DNA from: Anolis carolinensis
Taxonomy: Eukaryota
NCBI RefSeq assembly: GCF_035594765.1
Contig: NC_085841.1
Location: forward strand, 333,693,402-333,757,401
Length of the DNA: 64,000 bases
Direction of reading: 5' to 3'
The translations under genes were made by a program, and so were the position numbers. The number at the start of each line of letters is the position of its first letter. Within the stretch, counting starts at the first letter, position 1. This document shows positions 26,801-40,557 of this stretch, piece after piece. The notes under the pieces were generated by a model. That model was not told where the DNA came from and searched no databases. It saw only the letters and a list, made by a program, of their open reading frames with translations.

Positions 26801-27880
26801 GGAATTCCTCCCATGCCCTCACAAACATACACATAACTTTTGTCTTTTCTACCCCTTGATGGTTTGTCTGAAATGCAGCTCTTTACATGGACTGCATGAC
26901 TATTCTGGGAAAAGGCCAAAGAACTACTAATAGGGACAATCTTCTCCCCACAATAAAGGTAGAGCATGACAAAATGTTTGCCTCCAGTTTTACTCTCCCT
27001 ACTAATGCCACCCCATGGATGTGATGTGAGATAGATGTAAAAATTCAGTTTTAATGGTGAACATTGCACTCCCAGAATAAGGCATCTGCAAATGGAATTT
27101 TATGGCCCATTTTAATGGGAGCCCATCCTGTGATAACTATGGCTATCATGTCATTATTTGGAAAAAAAATTGCTGTGAGTAGAAGCCTGTTATTATAATC
27201 ATCTACTATCTAATAATGGATGATAAAGAAAGATTAGAGTGAGTGCGATTATTTTTATATAAAATTATTGAGCCTTGCTAAAACTGCTGCTCTCCCACAT
27301 ATAGATAGTAGCAATGTGCTATAATTGTAACAATGTGTAAGAAATCTATGCCACAAGGATAGAAATGGCCGGCATAAATGCAAAGAAGGAAGAGTAGCGG
27401 AGTTTACAAAAATTAAGGTTTTGTTGCTTTCTAATAGAACACTATCTCAGCCCTTTCATTTTTAAGTTGTTACTTTTGCATCTGTTACACAAAACCATCT
27501 TGCTCAAGTCTAGATTTTTTTTTTTGTAATGGCAGTGATGAGCACTGAGGGATGTGCACTCCATGCTGTCTCATACTCTAGGCATTTCACATACACATCC
27601 AGTTTTACTTGGTTAGCTAGGGTCCTCCTTGGGGAATAGGAACTCCTTTCAGATACATTTCTTCTCTTGTCCCCATTCTCTTCCCCATGATCCATCCTGT
27701 CACCATTAGATGATGCAACACCGCATCACCACTTGACTTCGAGACCTGCCACGACGACAAAAATTGGTGAGCTCCCCCTCCTATTCTGAACTGCTTTGAC
27801 CACTGGCTATGAGGGAATGGAGAGTGGGGTTTAGGCTCTGGCTTGCTATGTGGTGGCATTTGGCATTGATAAGAGTAGAG

Positions 27881-27882
27881 GA

Positions 27883-27953
<71 letters not shown>
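27881..27953. repeat. (GAAA)n microsatellite, about 18 units
   Basis: Directly visible. Confidence 0.98.
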
Positions 27954-28210
27954 TGGTGAGTGTGCAAGGATGAAGGGCAGGGAGATGGACAGGGAGGTGA
28001 GCAGGTGTGAGAAACTGTTAGAAGAGCTAGTTTGAATGAACTAAAATTGGTGCAATCGGATTTTCTTCAAAAACATAGCCAGTGTATTTCCATGTTTGAT
28101 ATCCATTTAGCATACTCCAAAAGCTCAAACTTAGGAAAATAATATAAAATAAGTCTAAGGTGAGTTCACATTACTGCGGTTTATTGTGTGATGATCGTAG
28201 CTGTCATATA

Positions 28211-28270
28211 GCTGAGTCCCTTTGGGTGAGAAGGGCGGCATATAAATGATGGAAATAAATAAATAAATAA
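28211..28270 (+). mobile_element. L2-type 3' tail fragment
   Basis: CTGAGTCCCTTTGGGTGAGAAGGGCGGCATATAAAT...(AAAT)n. Confidence 0.7.
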
Positions 28271-30039
28271 TTCTTGTGAAAAAATTATGCTACATATTTC
28301 CTCATTCTCTCTGACAGTGTCCTATTGATGATGGTTGAGGGACAAGAGAGAAGTGGGCATGTTTGCATTGCCACTTACACGAATGATGTGAACTCATCCT
28401 TTATGTTGAAAAAAAAACTCATACAAATTCGTGGGGTCCATGCAGTATTCTTGCTTTCACTGAATAAGAGTCAGGAAACAACGTTTTGATCTCAAGGAGC
28501 TCAGTTACTTTGATCATATTGCTTTCAGTAGCTCATGGGCAGGTAGGTATCAGAAGAAGGCAGTCATGGGCGAAATCTGCTTCCCTAAAAATATACCCAA
28601 TTTTCTCACCATACATGAGAAGTGGGGAAAGTGCAATCTGCTGGATACATACAGCCTCTAAATCTGCAGTTGTGATCTGGAAAGACCCAACCCCCTCTCA
28701 TAATATGATAATTTATTTTACTCAGAGTGCTCCCTGTACCTTCTGCACAGTGTCACTTTCACCATAGCCCCCTCTTCCATGGTAAGGTATATTTCTTCAT
28801 TCCCAGAAGTGACTTCCAACATTTCCTGTGTTGATAAAGAAGTCTCCCTGGGAACAGAACAAGGGGGCAAAAAATGGCAAAACAATTAATCCATACTCTG
28901 TAGAAGGCAGAGGCAGTAAATTGGAGTAAAAAAATACCTCTCCAAATTTGAGAGGAGGATGAAGTTATAATGGGTGTGACCCTCTAGGTTCTGATGGCAG
29001 GCATATGATCCTCTGAACCTGTTCTAAAGGTAGAGAAGGGGTTCAGAAGAAATTGCAAGCATGTAACAGCAAGATTTTACATTGAGGCTTTAGTGGGGAT
29101 CTGGTTTAGTATCCTCAGATCCATTCTTAAAATGGCTTTCAAGGTGGTCAACTTGTTGTTGGTTAAGGCCAGGTGCATCATTTGTTGGTAAACCTGTACC
29201 AGAGAATTAACGCTTCACATTGAGGTGGGTGTAGTGGGCAACATCCCCCCCCCTTTCAATCGTCTACGTGGTGGAACCTTTTTGAATGGTGCAATATCCC
29301 AGTTGATGTCTAAAGCCATACATCCGAGACACAGTTTTGCTTTGTGGACAAAACTGAACACTGTAGATTTACTTGTGTGCAATAATTCATTATGAATCTT
29401 TTTCTTTTCCACAGCAGAGGTGATCCAAAAATAGTCTTGAATTCAAATATTTATTATAACTAGATTCTTATTTTTGCATCCTTAAGTGTAGCTATCATAG
29501 GTTTCAAGGAGTCATACATATGTTCATCTCTTGGCACATATCTGTGTTTTTCATCCTTTGCCAAATCATAGGACAGGACTTAATTTCTGCTCTGTCCATT
29601 CAAGGATCCAGGTTTTTGTTTTGTGGGATTTTTTAACATTCTGGAGTAACTAAAATCTAGGGAGTTTTCAATATTTGGATAAGCTCTTTCTCAATTTCCA
29701 AATTAATACAGCATCTATTTTCAGACAACACGTAGTGAGTTGGATGGAAATTTGGAGTGAAATAAGAGTTTGGGCAAAAAATCTCCTGAATGCAATTCTA
29801 TTTATTCAAGAAGATCTGGATCCATTGTTTTGTTGCTCAGGCTTATCATGTTTGTAACACATCAAAACAGTTATTTATAGTACTGCATTCCTACCATTCA
29901 ACCACCACAATTGCCACCACCACTGTCATCAAGAAACTTGTTCTAATCTTCAGCCCATTTCAGCCAGGACTCAGCATAAAAGGGATTTGAAAAAGCAGAA
30001 ATATTCCTGGCAATAATATTATTCACCCCCTTCACTTAG

Positions 30040-30347
30040 GACGACAGTTAACGATCTTCAACACCCAGGCGCAAATAGCCATTGGAGGAAAAGACAGAGG
30101 GCGTCTCTTCCAAGGCCAGCTCTCCGGTCTCTATTATAATGGTCTAAAAGTACTGAACATGGCAGCAGAAAACAACCCCAACATCAAGATCAATGGAAGC
30201 GTCCGGCTCGTTGGAGAAGTGCCCTCCATCTTGGGAACAGCGCCCACAACATCCATGCCACCAGAGATGTCTACCACTGTCATGGAGACCACCACTACTA
30301 TGGCCACTACCACAACTCGAAAAAACCGTTCCACACCCACCATTCAG
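30040..30347 (+). CDS. NRXN3: Neurexin-3 constitutive exon after SS4 (end of LNS6 plus O-glycosylated Thr-rich stalk), 308 nt, phase 1-0
   Basis: cacttag|GA...ATTCAG|gtgagt. Translates (G)[102 protein letters not shown]; the stalk sequence is characteristic of NRXN3. Confidence 0.97.
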
Positions 30348-33300
30348 GTGAGTCATTTGATTTGTACATACCCTGGTTTTATTTTCTTTATTCTTTACCA
30401 TATTTGTGTTTTTTAAAGTTTTAAACAGCGATAAAATCCAGTCAAGAATTTGACCTTTTTTAGATTTGATATGTTTTCTTCTTTGTTATGGTGGAAATAA
30501 AATAACAGGGCCAAGTATTTTTGTGATATCTCTGAGAACTCCACTTTATGCTTGTATGTATGGTGGACAACTGGAATTGAAGTGTGTAATTTGAAAAAAG
30601 AGTGAAGGACTAGGATTGTATATACTAAAAAGGATGGAAATGCTGATTATTACTTTTCAAGTGTGTTTCTTGATTATTGGTTAAGATTTTGTCAGAGAGA
30701 ATTACAGTGTTCAAGGTGAGTTGTTCTTGAACCAAGCTTTAGACAAACTAACATTAAAGTGGGAATTGTTAGACAGTTGCTTCAAAATTCAAGGATCATT
30801 CAATCAGATGCTTTTGTTATGCGTAATGGCCCTTATTGTCAGGCAAGCATGCATTTATGTTCTTACTATAGCCTCATTAAACCTGTAAGAGGCTACACAG
30901 ATCCTCGGTGTGTCTTTTAAATAATAATGGTTGAGTAATTACTTATTTTAAATTGCTATATCTTGCTTTTCAGAGCAGTACACATTAAACTCCTAAAACA
31001 ATAAAGCAAACAGTACAACTCCCATCATCCAACATATCGAGGAAAGCTCAAAAGCTTGATTTTAAAGAAAAAAACTCTTAGCTGTCCTCTTAAGTTCAGA
31101 GTGTTAAGAAGCCACCAGTAGAGACTAATGGCTTTGATGTGAGTGGAGTGCTGAATTTGAAATTTAAAGGAGACATCAAAAGCACTGAACACATTTTGGG
31201 AAATCCCCCCCAGTCTTCAGGAACAAGAGGTTCCAGAGGTGACAGCAGGGGTGGGGGTGGGGAATGGGCACCAGAGAACAGGTTTTCCCACATTTTGTCC
31301 CCTTATGAATTCTTGGAAATACAAGGTAAAGGGTCTTGGTGGAACATTTCAATTCTTGAGTAGAATTATGGAAAGAATTTTGGGAAACTGCTCCCAAATC
31401 CATGCAGATTTTTATATCTTAGAATACACATTTTGAATTGTGAATAGAGGCAAACTGGAATCAAACTAAGTGAACTAACAAAGTAGCAGGGGTGGGTAAA
31501 CATTCTCTAGAAACATTTTCTCAATTCATTCCTGCAGGGAGAACTGGAACCACCACAGAGTGGCATATCTAACCATAGTTGAGAGTATTCAATGCCTCTG
31601 AAAAATGGTGCAGAATCTATAGGGACACATTTCTGCTGTCTAATTCTCAAGATAGTTATCAGTCTCAATGCCATAATCAGAACAGATGCCATTAGGGCAG
31701 TAAATCTGCTTAGGGTTTAGTCTGAACTTTAGAAGTACTTTAGGAAATGTATCCAATAGATTTAGTATCTTCAATAGGTCTTTTTAAAGTTCAACCTGAA
31801 AGCTACAGAAGGTTCACCCATCTGTTCACGTGGGAATCAGACTTTCTCTATGTGTGTACACAATATACACTGACACAGAAGTGGTTACCCACTTTCTTCT
31901 GGGATGCAGCTTATGGGGATTGCCATAATGAGTGTCTACGCCACTCTGCTTGCCATACCTACAGCTCTTTTGCATAGTGAAAACCTAGGTGGCTGTGAAT
32001 CAGCTCAAATTATTGTTATTTTTGGCCCTAATTTACTGCTAACTTCATATGAGTCTGCATTTTATAATGTCTTCAGGCAGAGTCACCCACATCTATTTTG
32101 GGTTGTGAATCACTGTGAAAGATTTGGAATGTCTTTCCTTATTTGGATATTCTACATGGTCATGAAAAAAAATTATAGGCTGGATTCTGCTCTTAGATCA
32201 TAATTTAATCAAACGTTGTAAAAATTTATTAAGCTCCTTCCAGTTATATCAGTGCCACCCAACCAAGTTGATTCCATTTAGTGAAAGAGTCTCAGATGTT
32301 TTCTCAGAGGTTTTAGCATCATCTACATGGGGACTTGCTAAACCTAAGACAGTCATTATGTTCTTTAAAAAGCATCAGGATGATTTAATAAAGTGTAGAC
32401 CAGTCTCTAAAAACATGATTGGAGCAATGATTTCCTGCGTGCACCTCACGACAATGAATAAATGGTCTCATCTTAACTTATATTAAAGCAATAACTCTTG
32501 ATACTTCACTCTTCCCCACTGAAAGAAAGATAAAGTCAATATGCACTTCCATTACAATTCTCTGTTTGTCAAGAGCAGGTCAGTTTATTGCTGTCATAGA
32601 GCGCAATAATTCTTTCTTCCATTCATTCACCCAGCAGAGTTGTTCAACTCTATCTGCATAACATGTATTGTGTGTAGGTTCAGCACCATAAAGAGGCATG
32701 CATGGGGAGCTGCTAACACTCGGGGGGGGGGATCTCCTATGTTATGCTCCATTTTAAAAATTTACAGGCACTACCCCCCATCTTTATTTCCCCTGGCATT
32801 CTAGTGCTAAGTGGATTTGAGTTCCAATTTGGGATTTTCTGCCAGAGCTCCGAAGCTTAATATATGATGGTGATGTTGGAGAGGTGACTTCTCTTATCTT
32901 TTGATAGACTAACCATCCCTACATGTGTGCATAAATATACACACACTAAGGATGGAGATAATATTTGAAAATGTTTATTAATAGTCAGTAATATGTTTCC
33001 TGAGTGTAAGAAAATCTGATAAGAAGTCCTGTATGTATGCAAACCTTTTCAGTTCAGGATTACCCAGATTGAACTTTGCTATGGCCTCCTCCACTGCTAA
33101 TGAGTGCATGTTTCAGCCAAGCATTTATAGACCCTTTCCCTTGGCCAGTAACTCTGTTTATAAGGATTCATGGGAATCCCATTGATGTTACTCTATTTAG
33201 CACAAGGAGGTTAGGAAAGAGAGGGTTTATGGAGACATCATGATCATGGATTTCCTCCATACCCCCTTCATATGTTGCAATTTTCCCATCAAGAGATTGC

Positions 33301-34410
33301 AACATATGTAGAAACAGGGCAACCTATAAATATGAAATAATGCTTTTACCTAAATTGTGAAAGCACACGAGAATGTTAAACAAGGCTTTGGGCTTCCTTA
33401 CCTTGCACCTAATGAGATATTGTTTTTGGTTTCTTCTTTTAAATATACTTAATATTTTAAATTAAATGGTAATTTAGACTCATTTTGTTGAAATAGTACT
33501 TAGCTGATCTTTTGAAGAAAATCAAGAATGTCAATAAATATCTGATAATTCCTTGCTTCATTGAATGGATCTTTTTATGCTTCTGACAGGCTAACAATTC
33601 TTTGATTAGGTTTAGTTTATGTGGATTATACCAAAAAAACAAAAAACAAACAAAATAAAACCTTCCAATGATAGACAACCATAATCTATTTGTAACTACA
33701 GTATAAGGGATCATTCTTTGCTGCTAACTGTTGAGGTCTTCTAAATTAGAAAGCCTCTGCATGGTTATGGCAAGAGAGATTAGTGTAACATTTTTTTTTA
33801 TCTACCTGGGATTCCATGACTCATGCATGCCATTTAATGAAGTACGCCTGCATCAGACTGACTAACGGACCTCCTGGCTGACCCTGAGAAAAAGTGCTGC
33901 TTTGACCTCTTCACACATGAGTTTGTTCTGCGTTTGAGCTTTGGTGTTTTCAGACATGTGTTGCCTTAAATTACTCTCACAGACCTCGGGCCAACACACA
34001 AGATTCTCCTGTATTAACAATATCCTCATTGGGAATTCCATTTTACCTCAATGCTATGCATTGAACACTGAGGCATTTGACTACCATGAACTTAGACACT
34101 TTTGCTTTTAACTCCGGAATGTCATGGAGTGCAGGCTGGGGCTTGACTAGAGCCATACTGCATCCCAATGAGAGAGGGATATTTTTTTTTTCTCGGGCAG
34201 CATCTCAACAGAGGTCTTGTTTCTTTAGCTATGGGTATTCAACTTTGTTTGACCAGCTTTCTTAAGTAGCCAAAGATCTTGGTTGTACCTGGGGTTGATA
34301 AAACAACACATCCACTTCTCAGTTTTAGTTATCTGTTTTCAGTCTACACTGAAAAATACTTAAAGGAGAAAAGTAGCAACAGTTCTAACAATGGTTTCCT
34401 GTGCAACATT

Positions 34411-34466
34411 CCTCCTCCTCCTCCCCCCCCCTCCTCCTCCTCCTCCTCCTCCTCCTCCTCCTCCTC
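34411..34466. repeat. (CCT)n microsatellite interrupted by a C run
   Basis: Directly visible. Confidence 0.95.
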
Positions 34467-34898
34467 ATTGTTGTACTATGTATTTATTTCTCAAGTTAAA
34501 TGCCACTGCAGTAAATAGTTATGAACCCAAAGGTATTGATTATATTTGAACTGAACTATTTATTATAAATCAATCCATAAAGAAGACTTGTCAAATGTCA
34601 CTTAGCCTGAAACACCCTAAATCCGAAAGCAAAGTCCATTTTTTAAAAGAACATTATCCATCAAAATCAAGAAACGGTCAAATGAAACTGAACAAATGCA
34701 ACATAAAATCAGATCAGTTGAAACTTTCTAGGGTCAAACTGTATGTCAAGCGACTCAGACCAGAACTGGAGTTTCCTACCACCACCACCACCATTAGATT
34801 TCAGCATACTTAGTGAATAATTTAAAATATATGCAACATTATGTAAGTGGAAGAAAGATTCCCATCTTCTCTCCTTCAGACTCCTGTATCTCCTAAAA

Positions 34899-35017
34899 CA
34901 GGCATGGGCAAGCTTCAGTCCTCCAGGTGTTTCGGACTTTAACTCTCACAATTCCTGTTAGGAATTGTGGGAGGTGAAGCCTAAAACATCTGGAGGGCTG
35001 ATGTTTGCCCATGCCTG
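34899..35017. mobile_element. Palindromic hAT MITE, 119 bp
   Basis: TIR CAGGCATGGGCAA / TTGCCCATGCCTG; TSD TCCTAAAA / GCCTAAAA. Confidence 0.85.
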
Positions 35018-38000
35018 GCCTAAAAACATCTTCATTATATATTATAGAACATTGTGGGCTGTGCCTTAAAATCTGCTGGAGAATTCTTGCACTGCTTTTG
35101 TAAGTTCATCCAGAAAGACATACTGGAGACTATGCTGGCCACTTCACAGTAGGAAGAAAATAATGTATGCAAACAGGCTTAAAGAAGCACATTGCTAATG
35201 GCTGGCAAAAAAGCCCAATGACAACCAGGAATATCAGTAACTATATGAATATTTGATTCATGCGTAGGCTTTGTGCAATCCAGATAAACCACTATGTTTT
35301 TTGGTGTCCTGGATTTTGGTGGGTGTCCCAATCCATTTTTGAGGAACCTCCCAAATTCGGGAGGACAGAAATCTATTTTTGATCAGGGAAGCCAAAAGAT
35401 TTGTTTTCTATCTGGCCCATTGGTGGTAATGGAGGGACTTCCCAGGCTCCCCTTCCCATCATTTTAGGCATCACTTGTCTTTATATCCTTCATTAAGACC
35501 TGGATTAAAAGCATCAGGTAAAATGCCACTCTTTCTGCTATCCTTTCCCTTCTGTCTATAGAGGAGACCTGGGCTTAATGCTTCATTAAAGCCATTTCTA
35601 CTCTAGAGGAAACAGGAGCTGCAGGTGTGCACAACTCTCTCCCTATAGAAGACAGTTTTCCAAGGCATTTTAAGGTGGCTTCCCACTACCCAAGGAAGAA
35701 AGACGGATTGACCTGGAGGTATCCTACCATGGACTTCCTTTACAAGGCCCTCCCTTCTCTCTTGATTTGGAAGCACCTGAAAGAACTAGCACCTTAGAAT
35801 GCCTCCCCCCTTGCACTTCAATATTCTTTCTGCTCCAAATCAGGAGAGAAGGGAGAACTTTAGAAATCTTGCTTCCTGGGATCTTTTTCCTTCTAGTGGC
35901 TCCCTCCCTCCCCACACTCCATGTATAACCGAAAGAAACCAAAAACAGCCAGTTTTCAACAGCCACTGTTTTGTTGTGTCCAGTAAAAAATGGTGGCAGA
36001 GCCCATGCTGTTATGTGCTTCTGAACAAGCCAAAGGCAAACATCCAAAACTAATTGGTGTACATGCCTAGTGTCTACACAGGCCACTAAATCTGCAGCCA
36101 GTCTGAAGCACAAATGATGCAGATTGGTCCCAGACACAGCCAGCTGCACATGACCAAACCAGCTGGGGCTCCATGTTTGCATCCACAGATTTCTGGTTCT
36201 TCTGTCTGGGAGCAATAGCAACTCAGGCATAACCCATCCCCGTTCCCTGATAAGTGCAGAGAAAGGGTGATGGTGCAGGTGGCCTATCTGTATAGGGAGC
36301 AGCCTCAATTGGACTTGATCCAGCTGTCTAGACTGCCCTGGATATTCCAGGTATTTTTAAATTTAAAAATAGCACTATTTAGGAGATCAGAAGGTTTTTT
36401 TTGCCTTTGTTAGCCTTTGAAATAGTGGGGTTTTCTGCCCTTTTATCCTTTTTAAAAGTTGAGATCAACCCCCCCCCCCCAAAAAAAAAAACATTGATAG
36501 TTCTATGGTTTTATATCTGATTGGATATCTATTTTCTGCATTTTCTATAAATTTTAATCTTTATTATTACAATATTAGAAACCTCATGTAAAGACTATAG
36601 CTGCAATGGGATACATGACCTTACATAAATATATTATATTTTTTTTCCTTTCCGCTACATCTTATATGGTATCTTTCCCAGTGTAATGGCATTTTTATTT
36701 TCTGAAAGTTATTTCCACATTTTAGGCCATTGTGCATCCTTACCTTTTTATAAAATATTATTTGATGTTCTACCCCCCCCACCCCCACCCCAAAATAGGA
36801 TAAAGTCCTAGGTCTATGAAAACTTGTGGTGCCAACTTTGTTCTTTCAGTTAGTCTAAGGTGCTATGAGATTCCTTTGCATACTGATATTCCAGACTAAC
36901 AGAGGTATGTCTTTGGATGGATACACTTAGTTTAGGTTACATGCCATAGGGGTTTTGATCAAGACCTTTCCATAAGACATTGTTCTGAGAGACTTCTCTT
37001 CCAGAAATGGCTTGTGATGGAACGCACAAAGATTTGTCACTCTAATTAGCCCTAACTGTCAGGTAAAGAAAGATCTACTTGTCTCCTCCTGTAATTGCCA
37101 AAGTACTCTTCCCCTATCTTAGAAAATAATTTTTGGTGAAGGAAATTGCCCCCTAATTTACTCATTTCTTGTTATGGGTCTCCAGTGACATTTTCATCTG
37201 CTGACAGAAAAGCACTTTTTAAAAAAGCTTGAAAGAGCTTGATTGGCTCACCTTTCAGGTCTTACTACATAAGACTATTCATGTCAGAGAAATTTGTATT
37301 TTCTCCCCTTACTAGTTCTTTTAAAAGTTACATCCTTTACACACACAAAAACAGACAAATAGATGTACAGAGAGAAAGCCATTCTAGTCACAGACATTTT
37401 CACTGATATACCAGTTTACCACTATGGTTTGGTCTACAATGAAGCCATCATCAACCAATCTAAAAAGAAAAATCTGTTCCCATAAATATGTTATGTGGAA
37501 AATAATAAAATCAAGTAGATGCAGCTTATTCTTGATCCATAATTCCTTATGCTATGAGTTGCTAGGGGAACATATATTGATGGGTGTCCTATTATGTAGT
37601 AACTAAACAAATAAGTAAAACTGATGCAGGATTACTAGAAGGGGTGAAAAGAATATTTTAAAATATTCAAAAACTATTTTTTCAAGGATAATAACTCCCT
37701 TATAAGGAGTATAATAAAGATGCTAAGATCTTCCCAGTTCAGGACTTTCTCTATCCAGTAAAAAAAAACCTGGGTTTTTTTGTTTGTTTTTTGCAGAAAT
37801 CAGATTTTAATTTCAGAAAATGTTAGTGTGAAGGTATATTTCTATGCCAAAAAAAAAAAAATCTTCTGCAACCTTTTTGTACTGGTTTCTGTGCAGAATG
37901 TGTTGTCTAAATAGAAAATGTCATTTTGGGTACAAAATATGTTTTTTGGACTAAACAATCTTCAGAAACTGTGTTGCTTTTGATGCTTCTCCCACAGTAA

Positions 38001-40470
38001 GGATGGAAATGGAATAATGATATGTTTTCAGCTGCTAGAATGAAATCTACCAAGATTTGCATCCCAATTGACAGTTCAGTGGTGAAGAGTACAAGTGGGT
38101 AGGAGCTAAATTTGCCCTTTGCTATCATCCTTTCTGCCTGATACAAAATCACTAGTGCTGGATTCTGATCATCATCTCAGGGTGTTATGTGACACCATAT
38201 AACCCGACCCTATCCTACTGCTTTCATCAACTAATACCCTGCAGTAATAAGCAGGCATTCCCCCTCATCAAAGCCATGACTCTTATTATATATTTATTAA
38301 AACATTTTAAAACCAGGTTTCATCCATAGGGATATGGGGGCAATATAGGAATATAATTAAAGCAATAATTAAAGCAATAAAGGCTCCAATCATGACATCA
38401 AGACAAAGAAAAGCAGCAAAAATAATAAAAATAGAGTCATCTCATCAAAAAATGCCTGGGCAAATTAAGAAAAAGTGCTTCCACCCACACAATCCAGCAC
38501 ATGAATGCCTCTGGTACTGTCGTTCTTCAACTAAATTATACCAGGCAAATACAAAGGATAGATAGTTGGGTTGAAAGAAGCCATTCCACTGATGTAGAAA
38601 GAGACAACCTGGTGCTCTCAAGGTGTTCAACTACAATTTCCACAAAATGTGCTATCTGGGGTTTAAGGGCTTTATAGTCCAGAAGACTCAGGACCTTATC
38701 CCATGCACACACACACACACACACACCCCAGTTTAAAACATTTACAACATCTAATTCATTGAGGATACAATTTATGATGGAAAAATGAGGCCCAAATCCA
38801 AAAGCCCTACTATAAGACAGGTTCCTGCTTAATGACCCACTAAAGTTTAAACACCACAGTCTATATAATTTTTTTTTGCATTTCTTCTACTGTTTTTTAC
38901 ATAGCAATTAGCCTTCAAATGCAGGAAGTGAGAGTCATTTGAAAAGGTGAGGGGAGCCCCCAAATGCCTGACAAATCAATAAAATGATTGTATATTGTTA
39001 GACATTTGGGGCTAACAAAAATTTGGGATTCCACAAAATCTTTGGAGTGACAAGGATGCTTGGGTAGATATAAGAATGGTTTACAAGTAACATGAGTTTC
39101 ATGAGTTACTCTCACTGATGTCTCTAGGTACCCAAGGATGTGTCATTTGCACTTACAAAACCTAAGCATATACTTTGAATTATTGGCAGCAGCTCAATTC
39201 TGCCCTCATTTGTTGTGGAATGTATGTCTTCAGTGAAATCTGTCACATTTTATCACAACATACTCACAGAGCTCTAACTGTGAATCAGTATGTGGGGGTA
39301 TGTTATGGGCACTGGACAAATGCAGATGGTATTATTTATGTAATCAGTGATGTCAGATAGATGTATATTTGAAAACATTTGATAATCTGTGTTATGAGAG
39401 AAAAGACTGAAATACATTATGATCTGCAAGTTGGTCTCAAAGCTGTGAGTAATCACAGAAATGCAAAGGTTTTTTGTTTGTTTGTTTTTTTACAAGCGTA
39501 TGGCATTTTTCTGGAGCCTGTTTGATTTCCAAATGCAATTACAAGTTTAGGCATCCTCTAGTATTCTTGAGCAGTCTATTAAAATTTGCTACATTAGGGG
39601 AAAATGCCAGCTAGGAAATGGATTTGCAAATATGTGTTGTTTTCAGAAGCCATGGATAAAAGACAGACAAATTACAAGAAAAGCCCTAAAGTGCAGACTA
39701 TCCTAAGGAAGTTACATAACCATTGGCTGTCTATCCTGAATCCTTTTTTTACTCCCAACTAGAGGAGACTCGTTGAATTAGTAGCTCTTATTTATTGATT
39801 CATTGTTTATTTGGTGTTTCTACTGTAACTTGGTTCAAGGTTTGATACTAGAAGTAAGTTTTTAAAAAATTGTCCAGGGAAATACATTAGCCATTTTTTT
39901 ACAACCATAAAGCAATGTCAGAAAATCAGCCACCTACTGTGATTTACAGCAAAGATGGGAAATGTGACAATCTACCTTATCAGATAGGACCTTTTCTGGT
40001 GGCATATGCCGGTTAAGCCCTAGATCATCCATGGAGTTCACTGGCTCCAATCAAACGACACACCGGAACTTTTGGCGGGGCTCTGTGGATGATCTAGGGC
40101 TAATATCTTGTTAACATTTTTTTTTCTTTTTATGTATGTTTTTCTCTATTTTTCTTCTTATCTTTTTTTTTCATTTACACAACAAAATAAAAGATTTATC
40201 ACTAAAAAAAATCTAGGGGCAGAACCGGCACATGCTGCTGCCGCAATGCGGGATTCTTCCCGTGCTGCCTAAGAAGCAATGGGAGGAAGCTGTGCAGTCA
40301 ACGCCTCCCCCCCCCACCCATGAGATCAGCTTTCTCAAGAGTCAGGCGATCCAGGGTATGGGGCAGCAGTAGCCACACACCCCCTGACAAGGGTCACTGG
40401 ATTTGCCACAACATGTAGTGATTCCGGTAACCATATGATGATGTCAAATGTAAGCAGTATTGGACTACAG

Positions 40471-40557
40471 CAGTCATGGGCAAATGTTGGCCCTCTGGGT
40501 GCTTTGGACTTCAATTCCCACAATTCCTAGCAGCCTAGCAAAGTTTGCCCATGCCTG
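40471..40557. mobile_element. Internally deleted copy of the same hAT MITE, 87 bp
   Basis: TIR CAGTCATGGGCAAA / TTTGCCCATGCCTG; perfect TSD GACTACAG at 40463-40470 and 40558-40565. Confidence 0.88.

Noticed and set aside
35724-36308. 194-aa minus-strand ORF
   Set aside because: No recognisable domain and no ATG start; it lies in a probable old repeat-derived stretch.
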